64,000 bases of DNA from Candidatus Latescibacterota bacterium (lineage in GTDB: Bacteria; Latescibacterota; UBA2968; GCA-2709665): the NCBI GenBank assembly GCA_963662665.2, contig CAXXJS010000053.1, forward strand, positions 32,469 through 96,468, given 5' to 3'. Position numbers and translations under genes: made by a program. Shown piece by piece: positions 48,878-58,589 of the stretch; positions within the stretch are counted from its first letter, which is position 1, and each line of letters starts with the position of its first letter. A model generated the notes under the pieces. The model was not told the DNA's origin. It saw only the letters and a list, made by a program, of their open reading frames with translations, and searched no databases.

Positions 48878-49669
48878 ATGCGAAGGAACAAATTGAGTGA
48901 GTTGCTGAAGGCGGACAAGCCCAGCGTGGGGACCCACGTACACAGTCCCTGGCCGACGGTTATGGAACTCGTGGGGCTTACCGGAATGTACGACTACGTG
49001 GAATACGTGTCGGAATACGCGCCGTACGACCTGCATACGTTCGAGAACCTGGCGCGCGCGATCGAGCTGTACGATATGTCGTCGATGATCAAGGTGGAAC
49101 AGGAGCCCAGATCGCACCTGGCATCGCGCGCGATTGGCGCGGGGATCCAGAACGTCCTGTTCGCCGACGTTCGGACCGTTTCCGACGCCCGGGAATGCGT
49201 GCAGGCGGTGCGCGCCGAGACGCCGAAGACGGGTGGGCAGCATGGTGCAAGCATGCGCCGGAACATGGGGTTCGGGATGGCCGGGGGTCTGCCCGAGTTC
49301 GTGGAAGCCATGGAGGACGTCGTCATCGCCGTAATGATAGAAAAGACGCCGGCGGTGGAGAACCTCGAGGCGATCCTGTCCGTGGGCGGCCTGGACATGG
49401 TGCAGTTCGGCCCCGGAGACTTTTCAATGAGCATCGGTCATCCCGGCGAGTACGGAAATGAGAGAGTCAATGAGGCGGAGAAGTTCGTTATCGAGACGTC
49501 CTTGAAAATGGGCGTGGCGCCGCGGGCGGAAATCAGCAGTCCGGACCAGGCGAAGCGCTATCTGGATATGGGCGTGAAACATTTCTGCATAGGTACGGAC
49601 GTCAGCATTCTGATGGACTGGTTCCGCACCCGTGGAGAGGAGATGCGGCGGGTGCTTGAAGGCGCGTAG
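48878..49669 (+). CDS. HpcH/HpaI aldolase family protein
   Basis: AVMIEK..AVENLEAILSVGGLDMVQFGPGDFSMSIG. Confidence 0.88.
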   Translation: MRRNKLSELLKADKPSVGTHVHSPWPTVMELVGLTGMYDYVEYVSEYAPYDLHTFENLARAIELYDMSSMIKVEQEPRSHLASRAIGAGIQNVLFADVRTVSDARECVQAVRAETPKTGGQHGASMRRNMGFGMAGGLPEFVEAMEDVVIAVMIEKTPAVENLEAILSVGGLDMVQFGPGDFSMSIGHPGEYGNERVNEAEKFVIETSLKMGVAPRAEISSPDQAKRYLDMGVKHFCIGTDVSILMDWFRTRGEEMRRVLEGA

Positions 49670-49753
49670 AGTTGCATACGGGTTGCGGGCGACTCGACGG
49701 CCGAATTCAGGCAACTTATTTCACGGACAGAACACAAGGGAGGCGATTTTCTG

Positions 49754-50809
49754 ATGGCTGCGGAATCGGGTGACAACGGTCGATCGAATCCACACGGTCT
49801 CTGGAACGTGGACAATCCCCGCATGCACGTGGGAACGCAGCGGTTCGACACAACGGACGAACATCTGGCGTTTCTGGCGCGCCTCGGCGTGAACAGCATG
49901 GCAGCGAACGATATTACGTTCGATCGCGAGCGGGGCTGGGATGCCGAGGAACTTGCGGCGAAACGTGAGAAGTGCGCTTCTTTCGGCGTGGATCTGGAGA
50001 TGGTGGCGCTGCCACTCCATCAGTTCAACGAAGACGGCGGGTCGGTGCCCAACTACATGCTGAGAAACTGGAAGAAGGGAGAGAGGGAGATCGAACGCGT
50101 GTGCAGGATGGTGCGGGCGACGGCCGATGCCGGCATTCCCGCCATCAAGTATTTCCTGTGCGAAATGGAGAACCAGCGCACGGAGAGTGTGCCGCTGGGA
50201 CGCGGAGGCGTTCGGTACTCCACGTGGGACCTTTCGAAGGCCGATGCGGCGACGCCACATTACGACAAACCCGTGACGGCCCAGGAGAACTGGGAGCGGG
50301 TGACGTTTTTTCTGGAGCGCGTGATTCCCGTTGCGGAGGAGTGCAAGGTCCGTATGGCATGCCATCCGTGCGACCCGTGGCTGCCGCCGGGATACAGGGG
50401 CGTGGATCGCGTCCTGGGCGGAGCCGAGGGGTTCAAGCAGTTTATTGAAATCTGTCCCAGTCCCTATCACGGCCTGAATCTATGCCTGGGTTGCATGGCC
50501 GAGAGCGTGGAGGACCCCGCCACGGAGGTGCCGGACATCATCCGGTATTTCGGAGAACGGAAGAAGATCCACCTGATTCACTATCGAAATATCTTCGGCG
50601 GCCGCAACAAGTTCCAGGAGGTCTGGCCCGACGAAGGCGACATGAATATGTACACGCTGATGCAGGCGCTCAAAGACGTCGGATATCCGCACATGGTCGT
50701 ACCGGACCACGCGCCCGGCCACAGCGCCCCAGGGAGTTTCGAACAGGCGTTCGCCTTCCAGTTCGGCTATATCAAGGCGATGATGCAGGCGGTGCTCACG
50801 GTTGCTTGA
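49754..50809 (+). CDS. uxuA: Mannonate dehydratase (UxuA-like)
   Basis: FLERVIPVAEE..VRMACHPCDP, GLNLCLG, IHLIHYRNI, PDEGDMNM, PDH. Confidence 0.75.
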   Translation: MAAESGDNGRSNPHGLWNVDNPRMHVGTQRFDTTDEHLAFLARLGVNSMAANDITFDRERGWDAEELAAKREKCASFGVDLEMVALPLHQFNEDGGSVPNYMLRNWKKGEREIERVCRMVRATADAGIPAIKYFLCEMENQRTESVPLGRGGVRYSTWDLSKADAATPHYDKPVTAQENWERVTFFLERVIPVAEECKVRMACHPCDPWLPPGYRGVDRVLGGAEGFKQFIEICPSPYHGLNLCLGCMAESVEDPATEVPDIIRYFGERKKIHLIHYRNIFGGRNKFQEVWPDEGDMNMYTLMQALKDVGYPHMVVPDHAPGHSAPGSFEQAFAFQFGYIKAMMQAVLTVA

Positions 50810-50905
50810 GCACAGGTGGATATCGGCAGATCACCAGACTCGCCCAGTCAATCCGGCGTCGGGGAGTTGATGTTTGTCGTATAGTACCCGGTTATCCGTG
50901 GAGTC

Positions 50906-51250
50906 GTGACGATGTTTGATACGAGCATATTCGACCGGGCATTGAAAAAACGGAAACGGAAACGGAACCGCGAGAGAACGGAATGTCTGCGTTCGGTTAT
51001 CGCAACTCTGAAACGGATCCGGAACGATTATGACATTCGCGAAGCTTATGTCACGGGATCGCTTATTGTTGAGAATCGATGGAATGAGGCTTCCGACGTC
51101 GACGTGGCTGTCGGTGGTTGTTCCGGATCAACCCTCGACGTAATGAAAGCGCTGGAAGATGCCAGCGGACGGATTATCGACATCATCGATCTGGACACAC
51201 ATCCATATCCGGGAACGGTCAGGGACAGGGGATTGACGGTTTATGGATGA
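50906..51250 (+). CDS. Minimal nucleotidyltransferase (MNT) antitoxin
   Basis: VTGSL...SDVDVAV, IDIIDL; overlaps the HEPN gene. Confidence 0.85.
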   Translation: MTMFDTSIFDRALKKRKRKRNRERTECLRSVIATLKRIRNDYDIREAYVTGSLIVENRWNEASDVDVAVGGCSGSTLDVMKALEDASGRIIDIIDLDTHPYPGTVRDRGLTVYG

Positions 51251-51704
51251 GGCCAGGATTGCCATTCTGAGGGCGGAAGTCGATTCGCGCCAGCGTGATA
51301 TCGATGCCATTTACGATCGGATCGAAAACAGGCGTGGAGTATTCCGCGAAACGTCCGAAGGCATTGACAGTATGGCCTATCAGATCCACAACCTCTATTC
51401 CGCTTTCGAGCAACTCTTTGAGACGGTTGTACATTTCTTTGAAAACCGTATTGAAGAGGAGCGGTATCACATAGACCTCTTGCGCCGAATGCGTCTTGAA
51501 ATCCATGGTATCAGGCCGGCTCTGGTCTCCGACGAGGCATTTGATATGCTGGATGAACTTCGCAGGTTTCGGCATTTTTTCCGGCACGCGTACACGGCCG
51601 AATTGAATCCGGACAACCTGGCAGACCTTGTCGCAAAGACCGACCGGCTGAGGGAGGTCCACCGCCGTGATGTTGAAGGATTCGTGCAACGGATGACGCA
51701 ATAG
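51243..51704 (+). CDS. HEPN (HepT-like) ribonuclease toxin
   Basis: HNLYSAFEQLF, HIDLL, RRFRHFFRHAY (Rx4H). Confidence 0.87.
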   Translation: MDEARIAILRAEVDSRQRDIDAIYDRIENRRGVFRETSEGIDSMAYQIHNLYSAFEQLFETVVHFFENRIEEERYHIDLLRRMRLEIHGIRPALVSDEAFDMLDELRRFRHFFRHAYTAELNPDNLADLVAKTDRLREVHRRDVEGFVQRMTQ

Positions 51705-51809
51705 GCGGAAACCCGCTGCGCACCGGCGGCGCCGGACGGTGTTTTCCTATTCTCTCAACACGTTAAGGTAGATTCGGATGACGGACGTCGCCACGAACTG
51801 GAGGATGGC

Positions 51810-52601
51810 GTGAATCTGTTTTCGCTGGAAGGCCGCGTCGCTCTTGTGACGGGCGCCGGACGCGGGATCGGGCAGGGCGTGGCGAAGGGTCTCGCAGCCC
51901 ACGGCGCCAGGTGTGTATTGGCGGCAAGGACCCGTTCCCAGCTGGAGGAAACCGCGGCGGCGATCCGGGCGGCCGGGGGCGACGCGATTGCCGTGGAAAT
52001 GGATATGGCGGACCTGGATTCCGTCAGGCGAGGGGTGGACAAAACCTGCGCGCACTACGGTCAATTGGACATTCTCGTAAACAACGCGGGGATGAATATC
52101 CGGGAGCCGGTGGACGAAGTCACCGAGGAACATTACGATCGGATTATGGCGGTAAATCTGAAAGGGCTCTATTTCCTCACGCAGATGGCCGCCCGGCGCA
52201 TGATCCCAAGAAAGCAGGGCAAAATCATCAACATCGGCTCCCTGACAACGGCAATCGCGCTGCATGGCGTGTCGGTCTATACCGCAACCAAAGGAGCCGT
52301 GGGACAACTGACGAAGGCCCAGGCGCTGGAACTGGGACCGCACAACATCCAGGTGAACGCGATCTGCCCTGGCTTCATTCTCACGCCGCTGACGGAGAAA
52401 CTCTGGACGGACCCCACGATGCGGGAATGGGGCGAGAACCGGACCCCTGCCGGTCGTCTGGGCATCCCGGGCGATCTGGTGGGAACCGCGGTTTTCCTGG
52501 CATCCGCCGCTTCGGACTACGTAACGGCCCAGCACATCTACGTGGACGGCGGCTTCATGGCGGGAGAGAAATGGCCGCTGCCTCCCAAGGGCGGTCAATA
52601 A
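51810..52601 (+). CDS. Short-chain dehydrogenase/reductase (KduD/gluconate 5-dehydrogenase-like)
   Basis: VTGAGRGIG, NNAG, YTATK. Confidence 0.9.
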   Translation: MNLFSLEGRVALVTGAGRGIGQGVAKGLAAHGARCVLAARTRSQLEETAAAIRAAGGDAIAVEMDMADLDSVRRGVDKTCAHYGQLDILVNNAGMNIREPVDEVTEEHYDRIMAVNLKGLYFLTQMAARRMIPRKQGKIINIGSLTTAIALHGVSVYTATKGAVGQLTKAQALELGPHNIQVNAICPGFILTPLTEKLWTDPTMREWGENRTPAGRLGIPGDLVGTAVFLASAASDYVTAQHIYVDGGFMAGEKWPLPPKGGQ

Positions 52602-52606
52602 GGCGC

Positions 52607-53251
52607 ATGTATACAGATGCCGACAGGATGGACCAGCAGATTGCCTTCATTACGGAGGTCGACAAGCTGAAGCATGTGCTCCGACGGACGTATCTGATTG
52701 ACGGGAAACGCAGGGAGAACGATGCGGAGCATTCATGGCACCTGGCGGTGCTGGCGGTGCTGCTTTCGGAGTACGCCAGTGAAGAGCCGGACCTGCTGAA
52801 GGTCGTGAAGATGTTGTTGATTCACGACGTCGTCGAGATCGACGCCGGCGACACGTTCGCGTACGACGAGGCGGGCCACGCCGATAAAGCAGAGCGGGAG
52901 CGGCGTGCCGCCGAGAGGATTTTTAATTTGCTGCCGGCCGATCTGGCCGGGGACGTGTTTGCGTTGTGGGAGGAGTTTGAAGCGCGTGAGACACCGGAAG
53001 CAAAATACGCGCAAGCCCTGGACAGGCTCCAGCCGATTCTGCTGAACTACGGTTCCGGCGGGATCGCGTGGCGGGAGCATAACATCAGCCGGGAGCAGGT
53101 AATCGCACGGAACCGGCACATCGAAGCCGGGGCGCCCGCCCTGTGGACGTACGTCCGGGGGTTGATCGACCGCGCCGAAGACAGCGGTTATCTTGTACCG
53201 GAATCATGTTCGCGCGGACGAAGTGCGGCGGGTGAGTCGGCCGGAGTTTAG
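52607..53251 (+). CDS. HD-domain hydrolase
   Basis: ENDAEHSWH, IHDVVEIDAGD, LDRLQP. Confidence 0.88.
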   Translation: MYTDADRMDQQIAFITEVDKLKHVLRRTYLIDGKRRENDAEHSWHLAVLAVLLSEYASEEPDLLKVVKMLLIHDVVEIDAGDTFAYDEAGHADKAERERRAAERIFNLLPADLAGDVFALWEEFEARETPEAKYAQALDRLQPILLNYGSGGIAWREHNISREQVIARNRHIEAGAPALWTYVRGLIDRAEDSGYLVPESCSRGRSAAGESAGV

Positions 53252-53265
53252 TAATATGAAGGAAT

Positions 53266-53460
53266 TAACCCCAATACAAAAAAAAGCAACTCGGCGACGC
53301 GACGAAAACCCCTGAAACGGGGCGTAACGGTCATCAAAAAGGACATGCTTTCAGTTCACGTCCAGTGACCTGGTGTATCCTGGTAATCAGCAGTTAAATC
53401 ACCTTTATCCACTTGCATATATGCGGTTTTACTTCCCCGAAGAATTTCGCATCAAGGTTA
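53266..53460 (+). mobile_element. ~195-bp MITE-like repeat B, copy 2
   Basis: TAACCCCAATACAAAA...TTTCGCATCAAGGTTA imperfect TIR; matches 48542-48735. Confidence 0.65.
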
Positions 53461-53477
53461 AACAGGAGATCGGGATT

Positions 53478-54536
53478 ATGGGACAACAGGCTGAAACGAT
53501 GTGGTTCTACGTGGGCGGCGCCGGAATATCGGTCTACCGTCTGGATCTGTCCACCGGGAACCTGACGCACCGGAGTACGGTTTCGGACGTGAAGAATCCT
53601 TCCTTTCAGGCAGTCCATCCGTCGAACCGCTTCCTCTATTCGGTGGCGGAGGTGCAGGAGGGCGGGGCGGTTCACGCGTTCGCGATCGATCCGGCCACGG
53701 GTGCGTTGCGTACGCTGAATCACCAGTCCTGTATGGGCGCCGGTCCCTGCCACGTGAGCGTGGACGCAACCGGTCGCGTCGTTCTTGTGGCGAATTATTC
53801 GAGCGGCGGCGTGGCGGCATTGCGCATCCGGGAGGACGGCAGCCTCGGCGAAGCCACATCCGTCTTTCAGCACGAGGGTTCCAGTGTGAATCCGGGTAGA
53901 CAGCAGGGGCCGCACGCGCATTCCATCACCATTGATCCGGGCAATCGATACGCCGTCTCGGCCGATCTGGGTATCGATAAAGTGCTGGTATACCGGCTGG
54001 ATGCGGAGAACGGAACGATTTCGCCGAACGACCCCCCGTCGGTGGACGTTCAGGCGGGCGCCGGGCCCAGGCACTTCGCGTTCCATCCCAACCGGAAACA
54101 CGCGTACCTGATCAATGAGCTGGACAATACCGCCGTGGCGTACGCCTACGACGGGAGTCTCGGGGTCCTGGAAACGCTTCAGGTGATTTCCACGTTGCCC
54201 GGGGATTTTACCGACACCAGCTATTGCGCGGATATCCACGTGTCGCCGGACGGTCGTTTCGTTTACGGTTCCAACCGTGGGCACGACAGTATCGTGATTT
54301 TTGAAGTGGACTCAGGTACGGGCAGGCTCTCGGTCGTGGACTACGAGTCGACCCGCGGCGAGTTCCCGCGAAATTTCGCCCTGGATCCCTCCGGCAGGTT
54401 CCTGTTCGCCGCCAACCAGAATACGGACAACGTTGTCACGTACCGGATCGACGGACAGACGGGAAGACTCACGGCAACCGGACATCAGGTGGAGACGCCT
54501 CAGCCGGTCTGCATTAACATGATACCCGCGGCCTAG
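53478..54536 (+). CDS. pgl: 6-phosphogluconolactonase (beta-propeller lactonase)
   Basis: GPCHVS, ANYSSG, PHAHS, DLGID, GPRHFAFHP, SNRGHDS, PRNF; CAGGAG SD. Confidence 0.85.
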   Translation: MGQQAETMWFYVGGAGISVYRLDLSTGNLTHRSTVSDVKNPSFQAVHPSNRFLYSVAEVQEGGAVHAFAIDPATGALRTLNHQSCMGAGPCHVSVDATGRVVLVANYSSGGVAALRIREDGSLGEATSVFQHEGSSVNPGRQQGPHAHSITIDPGNRYAVSADLGIDKVLVYRLDAENGTISPNDPPSVDVQAGAGPRHFAFHPNRKHAYLINELDNTAVAYAYDGSLGVLETLQVISTLPGDFTDTSYCADIHVSPDGRFVYGSNRGHDSIVIFEVDSGTGRLSVVDYESTRGEFPRNFALDPSGRFLFAANQNTDNVVTYRIDGQTGRLTATGHQVETPQPVCINMIPAA

Positions 54537-55028
54537 TCCCGTCCGACTGGAAACCGCCCCGGTCCCGCTCGCGATCAATCCGGGCCTCGTCGATGGCCAA
54601 TGACGACCAATTCGCGAGTATCGCTGGAGTGAAGCCAACCCAATCAGAATACCTCGCCGACGGTCAATCTTGCATTTCAAAATCAATTACCATGGCAAGA
54701 GGTTCGAAAGAACTCTCTTCAACCCTTCGAATGACTCGACGGCAGCCTCATAAACGTCTGTGTCAAAACTCTACATAACCGATTTCCACTTACAAAAATT
54801 AGTCGGAACCTGCACTTTCGGCTTCTTGAATTGAGTGAATCGACGTTACACCTAAGACGGGAACGTCGGAACGTGTTGATGCAAAATGTAACACAGTCCT
54901 ACAGGCGTTCTGGTGAACCAGCGCAAATTCACATCAGAACTTCTGTTATATTGCAGTGGAGAATTAACACCATACCCCTTGAGAGAAGATGCCTTCGACC
55001 ATTCCGGATACGCTTCGGTTACCAGGTG

Positions 55029-55460
55029 TCAATCTTCAATGATTGTTTCCATTTTCAAGCCCGTCAGGGTAGGAACTTGACTTCGATAAATCTTCTCCTC
55101 TTTCTTGTCTATTCGAAGCAGAATTGAATGCTTGCTACTATCTGCCTCAACATAATTCCAAGAGAACCAGTGATGCTTCCGCTTGGAAAAAATCAAAAAT
55201 GGGGTGACCAATAGCGCTGCTGCAATGCGCGAATGCTTAGACCGTTCATAGGTCAGACCGGACATCTGGTCATAACGAAATGTTCCCTCAATTCCTGCGT
55301 AACGAACAGAATCATCACCGTCTTTGAAGCGAAGAGTGACAGTGGAATCGCCCCACGTCACAATGGCCTTCCTCTCCATTGTCTCTTCGCCATCAAATAC
55401 GACAATTTTCGTCTTTTTAAAGACAAGACCTCTGGCTTCCGCGATTCCAATAGGGAGCAT
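55029..55460 (-). CDS. Hypothetical protein (AT-rich; start uncertain)
   Basis: Long ORF in AT-rich DNA with hydrophobic IAAALLVTPFLIF segment. Confidence 0.5.
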   Translation of the reverse strand: MLPIGIAEARGLVFKKTKIVVFDGEETMERKAIVTWGDSTVTLRFKDGDDSVRYAGIEGTFRYDQMSGLTYERSKHSRIAAALLVTPFLIFSKRKHHWFSWNYVEADSSKHSILLRIDKKEEKIYRSQVPTLTGLKMETIIED

Positions 55461-55998
55461 ATACGCAGCTAGAAGTGATAGCGGAATTACTCTGAGTATT
55501 CTTGACACAATACCCCTCCAACGTGGAATTTCGTTGATGTCCTTTGACACCCGATAGGTCGGATACCAACCGATGCCCGAAATTATCCAGAGAGTGCCGA
55601 AATTACTCTGCCAGTGCCGATGGAAAACGTTGAATCGACTTATTCCTCTTTCGGCTACTGTTATTGCTATTGGCACACCATCAATCGTCCCGGCTCTCCC
55701 TTTCTATGGTAAGTGCGAATATCAGTTACTCCGCTTGAAATTGCAAGTTGATTTGTGGTCCGAGTGTGAATCCGTTGCAATTGGGATTGACTATTGATTG
55801 CCGGTTCTCTAAATTTTCGGTGGAAATATCAGTTTTGTCGAAATGATCCAGGCGTGTTGAGAGTGCGACGCCCAAACGCAAACCCGAAACACTGAAGACA
55901 ATCGTAAAATCGATACTTCGCGCCGAGAATACAATCGAGAGCGAACGGCGGTATCTCCAAAACAAAACCGTACGTAATCTCACACCAGAAAGAAAGTC

Positions 55999-56244
55999 AT
56001 GCCGCTATCCAAAGAGATCCAGGCATACGAAAACTTCCGCTCTGAACTGGAGATGGACCACTTAGGCGAGTGGGTGGTCGTTCACGACGAGAAGCTCATT
56101 GGGAGGTACCTCTCATTCGAGGCCGCTGCCGAAGATGCCATAGAGAGGTTTGGGCGAGGACCGTATCTTATCCGTCAAATAGGACAGGCCCCACTTACGT
56201 TGCCGGCTTCTGTGGTGTATGGAGTTGGCTATGGCACGCACTAA
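55999..56244 (+). CDS. DUF5678-like small protein
   Basis: EIQAYE...LEMDHLGEWVVVHDEKLIG...FGRGPYLIRQIG. Confidence 0.75.
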   Translation: MPLSKEIQAYENFRSELEMDHLGEWVVVHDEKLIGRYLSFEAAAEDAIERFGRGPYLIRQIGQAPLTLPASVVYGVGYGTH

Positions 56245-56692
56245 GTGTGGTTTTGAAGATCAGCCTGATTTACCTGGCCGTGATGCATTGATTCTTCACG
56301 GGCCAACGTTAATAGTCAATATTGGGTTAGATATAGCCTTCCGTGCAGGCAAAAACGCGCGCCCCCAACTTCCCTCTCAAAACTGGCCCGCTTTAGTCGA
56401 TACTGGCGCAGGCGAGAGTTGTATTGATTCCAGTCTCGCGTCGAGCCTGAGTCTTCCAATTGTGGATCAGCAAATCACATCAGGGGCTCATGGCGCACAT
56501 CCCGTTAACGTTCATCTAGCACAGATTCATGTTCCAAGTTTGAATTTTACAATCCATGGCCGGTTTGCAGGCGTTCATTTGACCGCTGGTGGTCAACGCC
56601 ATATGGCGCTTATCGGAAGGACGTTCCTGCAACATTTCACCATGATCTACGAGGGTAGGACAGGCACTGTTGTAGTGAGCAATAACTCATGA
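56231..56692 (+). CDS. Retropepsin-like (clan AA) aspartyl protease
   Basis: ALVDTGA and ALIGRTFL motifs; GGAG SD; overlaps the upstream gene by 14 nt. Confidence 0.85.
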   Translation: MARTKCGFEDQPDLPGRDALILHGPTLIVNIGLDIAFRAGKNARPQLPSQNWPALVDTGAGESCIDSSLASSLSLPIVDQQITSGAHGAHPVNVHLAQIHVPSLNFTIHGRFAGVHLTAGGQRHMALIGRTFLQHFTMIYEGRTGTVVVSNNS

Positions 56693-56918
56693 AATGAACA
56701 GATTATTCCATCTCATCTGTGTATCCCACCGACCGACAGCCTTGCGAACCGATGCCTCACGCCTTGAATTTCCATTTCGGGCTGAGGCATCACCTGTTTA
56801 TGCGGTAATCTCGTTGTCTGCATCGTGGAAGAAATTCCTTCGGGACCGGTTCGCTGAGTGAATGAGACACTTCAGCGTCGAACCGAAATGGTTTTTCTCC
56901 CACGAACAAAGGCTGCCC

Positions 56919-58484
56919 ATGAACATCGGCACGTTGTTGACGAAATCCGCGCGAACGTTTCCGCAGAATCTGGCGGTGGCGTGCGGCTCCAGGCGATGGA
57001 CCTATGCCCGATTCAACGAACGCGTGAACGGGCTGGCGAACGCGTTTGCCAGGCTCGGCATCGGCCGCGGCGTCCACGTCGCGATTCTCATGCAGAATCT
57101 CCCCGAAATGCTGGAATCCATGTTCGCCTGTTTCAAGCTCGGCGCCGCGGCCGTGCCGATCAATTTCCGTCTGCATCCCAACGAATTCGCGTTTGTCATT
57201 GATCACTCGGAATCTGAAGTGGTCGTTATCTCCTCCGAATTCAACGCGCCCATTTCACAGATCAAGGATCGCCTGCCGCGGGTCCGGCACGTCGTCACCA
57301 TTGCTGGCGCGCAGGAGCGAATGCTGGACTACGAGACGTTGATTCGCGCCGAACACGCCGCATTCGCCGACGTGGACGTGGCTCCCGACGACGTAGCGTG
57401 GGTGTTCTACACGTCGGGAACCACGGCTCAGCCGAAAGGAGCGCTCCTTACCCACCGCAATCTGCTTGCGATGACGATGAATTTCTACTCGGACATTTGC
57501 CAGGGGTTCGGCCCGGACGACGTGGTCCTTCACGCGGCGCCACTGTCTCACGGAAGCGGACTTTACGCACTGCCCAACGTCGGCAAGGCAGCGGCCAACG
57601 TCATCCCCGAGACCATTTCATTTGACGTCGACCGGATTCTGGAGGCGGTCGAGCGGTACCGGGTCACGAATATGTTCGCGGCGCCGACGATGGTCAAACG
57701 CATGGCGGAATGTCCGGCGCTGCATCGGTACGACCTGCGGTCGCTGAAAATCCTAAATTACGGCGGCGCACCGATGCTGGCCGAAGACCTCCGGATTGCA
57801 ATCGAAGAGTTGGGTCCGTGCCTCGTGCAGCTATACGGCCAGGGCGAGTCTCCCATGACGATCACCTATATGCCCCACAGCGACCACGTCCTGAACGGTA
57901 CGTCGCAGCAGATGAAGCGACTCAGTTCGGTTGGGTTTGCGCGCACCGACGTGGAAGTCAAAATTCTGGACGACGAGGGCTACCAACTTCCAACGGGAGG
58001 CATCGGGCAGATCGTGACCCGGTCGGACATGGTCATGAAAGGTTACTGGCGCAATCCCAGGGCCACGGCCGACGCCCTGAAAGACGGATGGCTTCACACC
58101 GGCGACGTTGGGTACATGGACGAGGATGGCTACGTTTTTCTCCTGGATCGCTCCAAAGACCTGATCATCAGCGGGGGTGAGAACATCTACCCCCGCGAGA
58201 TCGAAGAGGTGCTCGTACGACACACGGCCGTATTCGAGGTCGCGGTCATCGGTGTGCCGCATCCGGAGTGGGGCGAGGCTGTTAAGGCCGTTGTGGTTCC
58301 GAATCCCGGGTGCGAGGTGTCAGGCGATGAGCTGATCGACTTCTGTAAAGGCCGGATCGCAAGTTTCAAGAAACCCGGATCCGTGGATTTTGTCGAGGAA
58401 TTGCCGAAGAACAACTACGGCAAGATCGTTAAAAACCTGATAAGGGCGCCGTATTGGGAAGACAGGCAGAGCAAGGTAATCTGA
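56919..58484 (+). CDS. Long-chain fatty acid-CoA ligase
   Basis: YTSGTTAQPKG, YGQGE, HTGD, DRSKDLIISGGENI, PKNNYGK. Confidence 0.92.
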   Translation: MNIGTLLTKSARTFPQNLAVACGSRRWTYARFNERVNGLANAFARLGIGRGVHVAILMQNLPEMLESMFACFKLGAAAVPINFRLHPNEFAFVIDHSESEVVVISSEFNAPISQIKDRLPRVRHVVTIAGAQERMLDYETLIRAEHAAFADVDVAPDDVAWVFYTSGTTAQPKGALLTHRNLLAMTMNFYSDICQGFGPDDVVLHAAPLSHGSGLYALPNVGKAAANVIPETISFDVDRILEAVERYRVTNMFAAPTMVKRMAECPALHRYDLRSLKILNYGGAPMLAEDLRIAIEELGPCLVQLYGQGESPMTITYMPHSDHVLNGTSQQMKRLSSVGFARTDVEVKILDDEGYQLPTGGIGQIVTRSDMVMKGYWRNPRATADALKDGWLHTGDVGYMDEDGYVFLLDRSKDLIISGGENIYPREIEEVLVRHTAVFEVAVIGVPHPEWGEAVKAVVVPNPGCEVSGDELIDFCKGRIASFKKPGSVDFVEELPKNNYGKIVKNLIRAPYWEDRQSKVI

Positions 58485-58589
58485 CGGGTTGCCCGCATGC
58501 CTGTGGGAGGCGACCCGGTACCGGGCCGTCACGTCCCATTATTATTTCACCCGCCGGTGCAACTGAAACAGGTGTCGAGGCGATATACA

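Noticed and set aside
51911-53251. 446-aa fusion ORF with HD domain
   Set aside because: The N-terminal half is an alternative frame of the SDR gene; the HD protein starts near 52607
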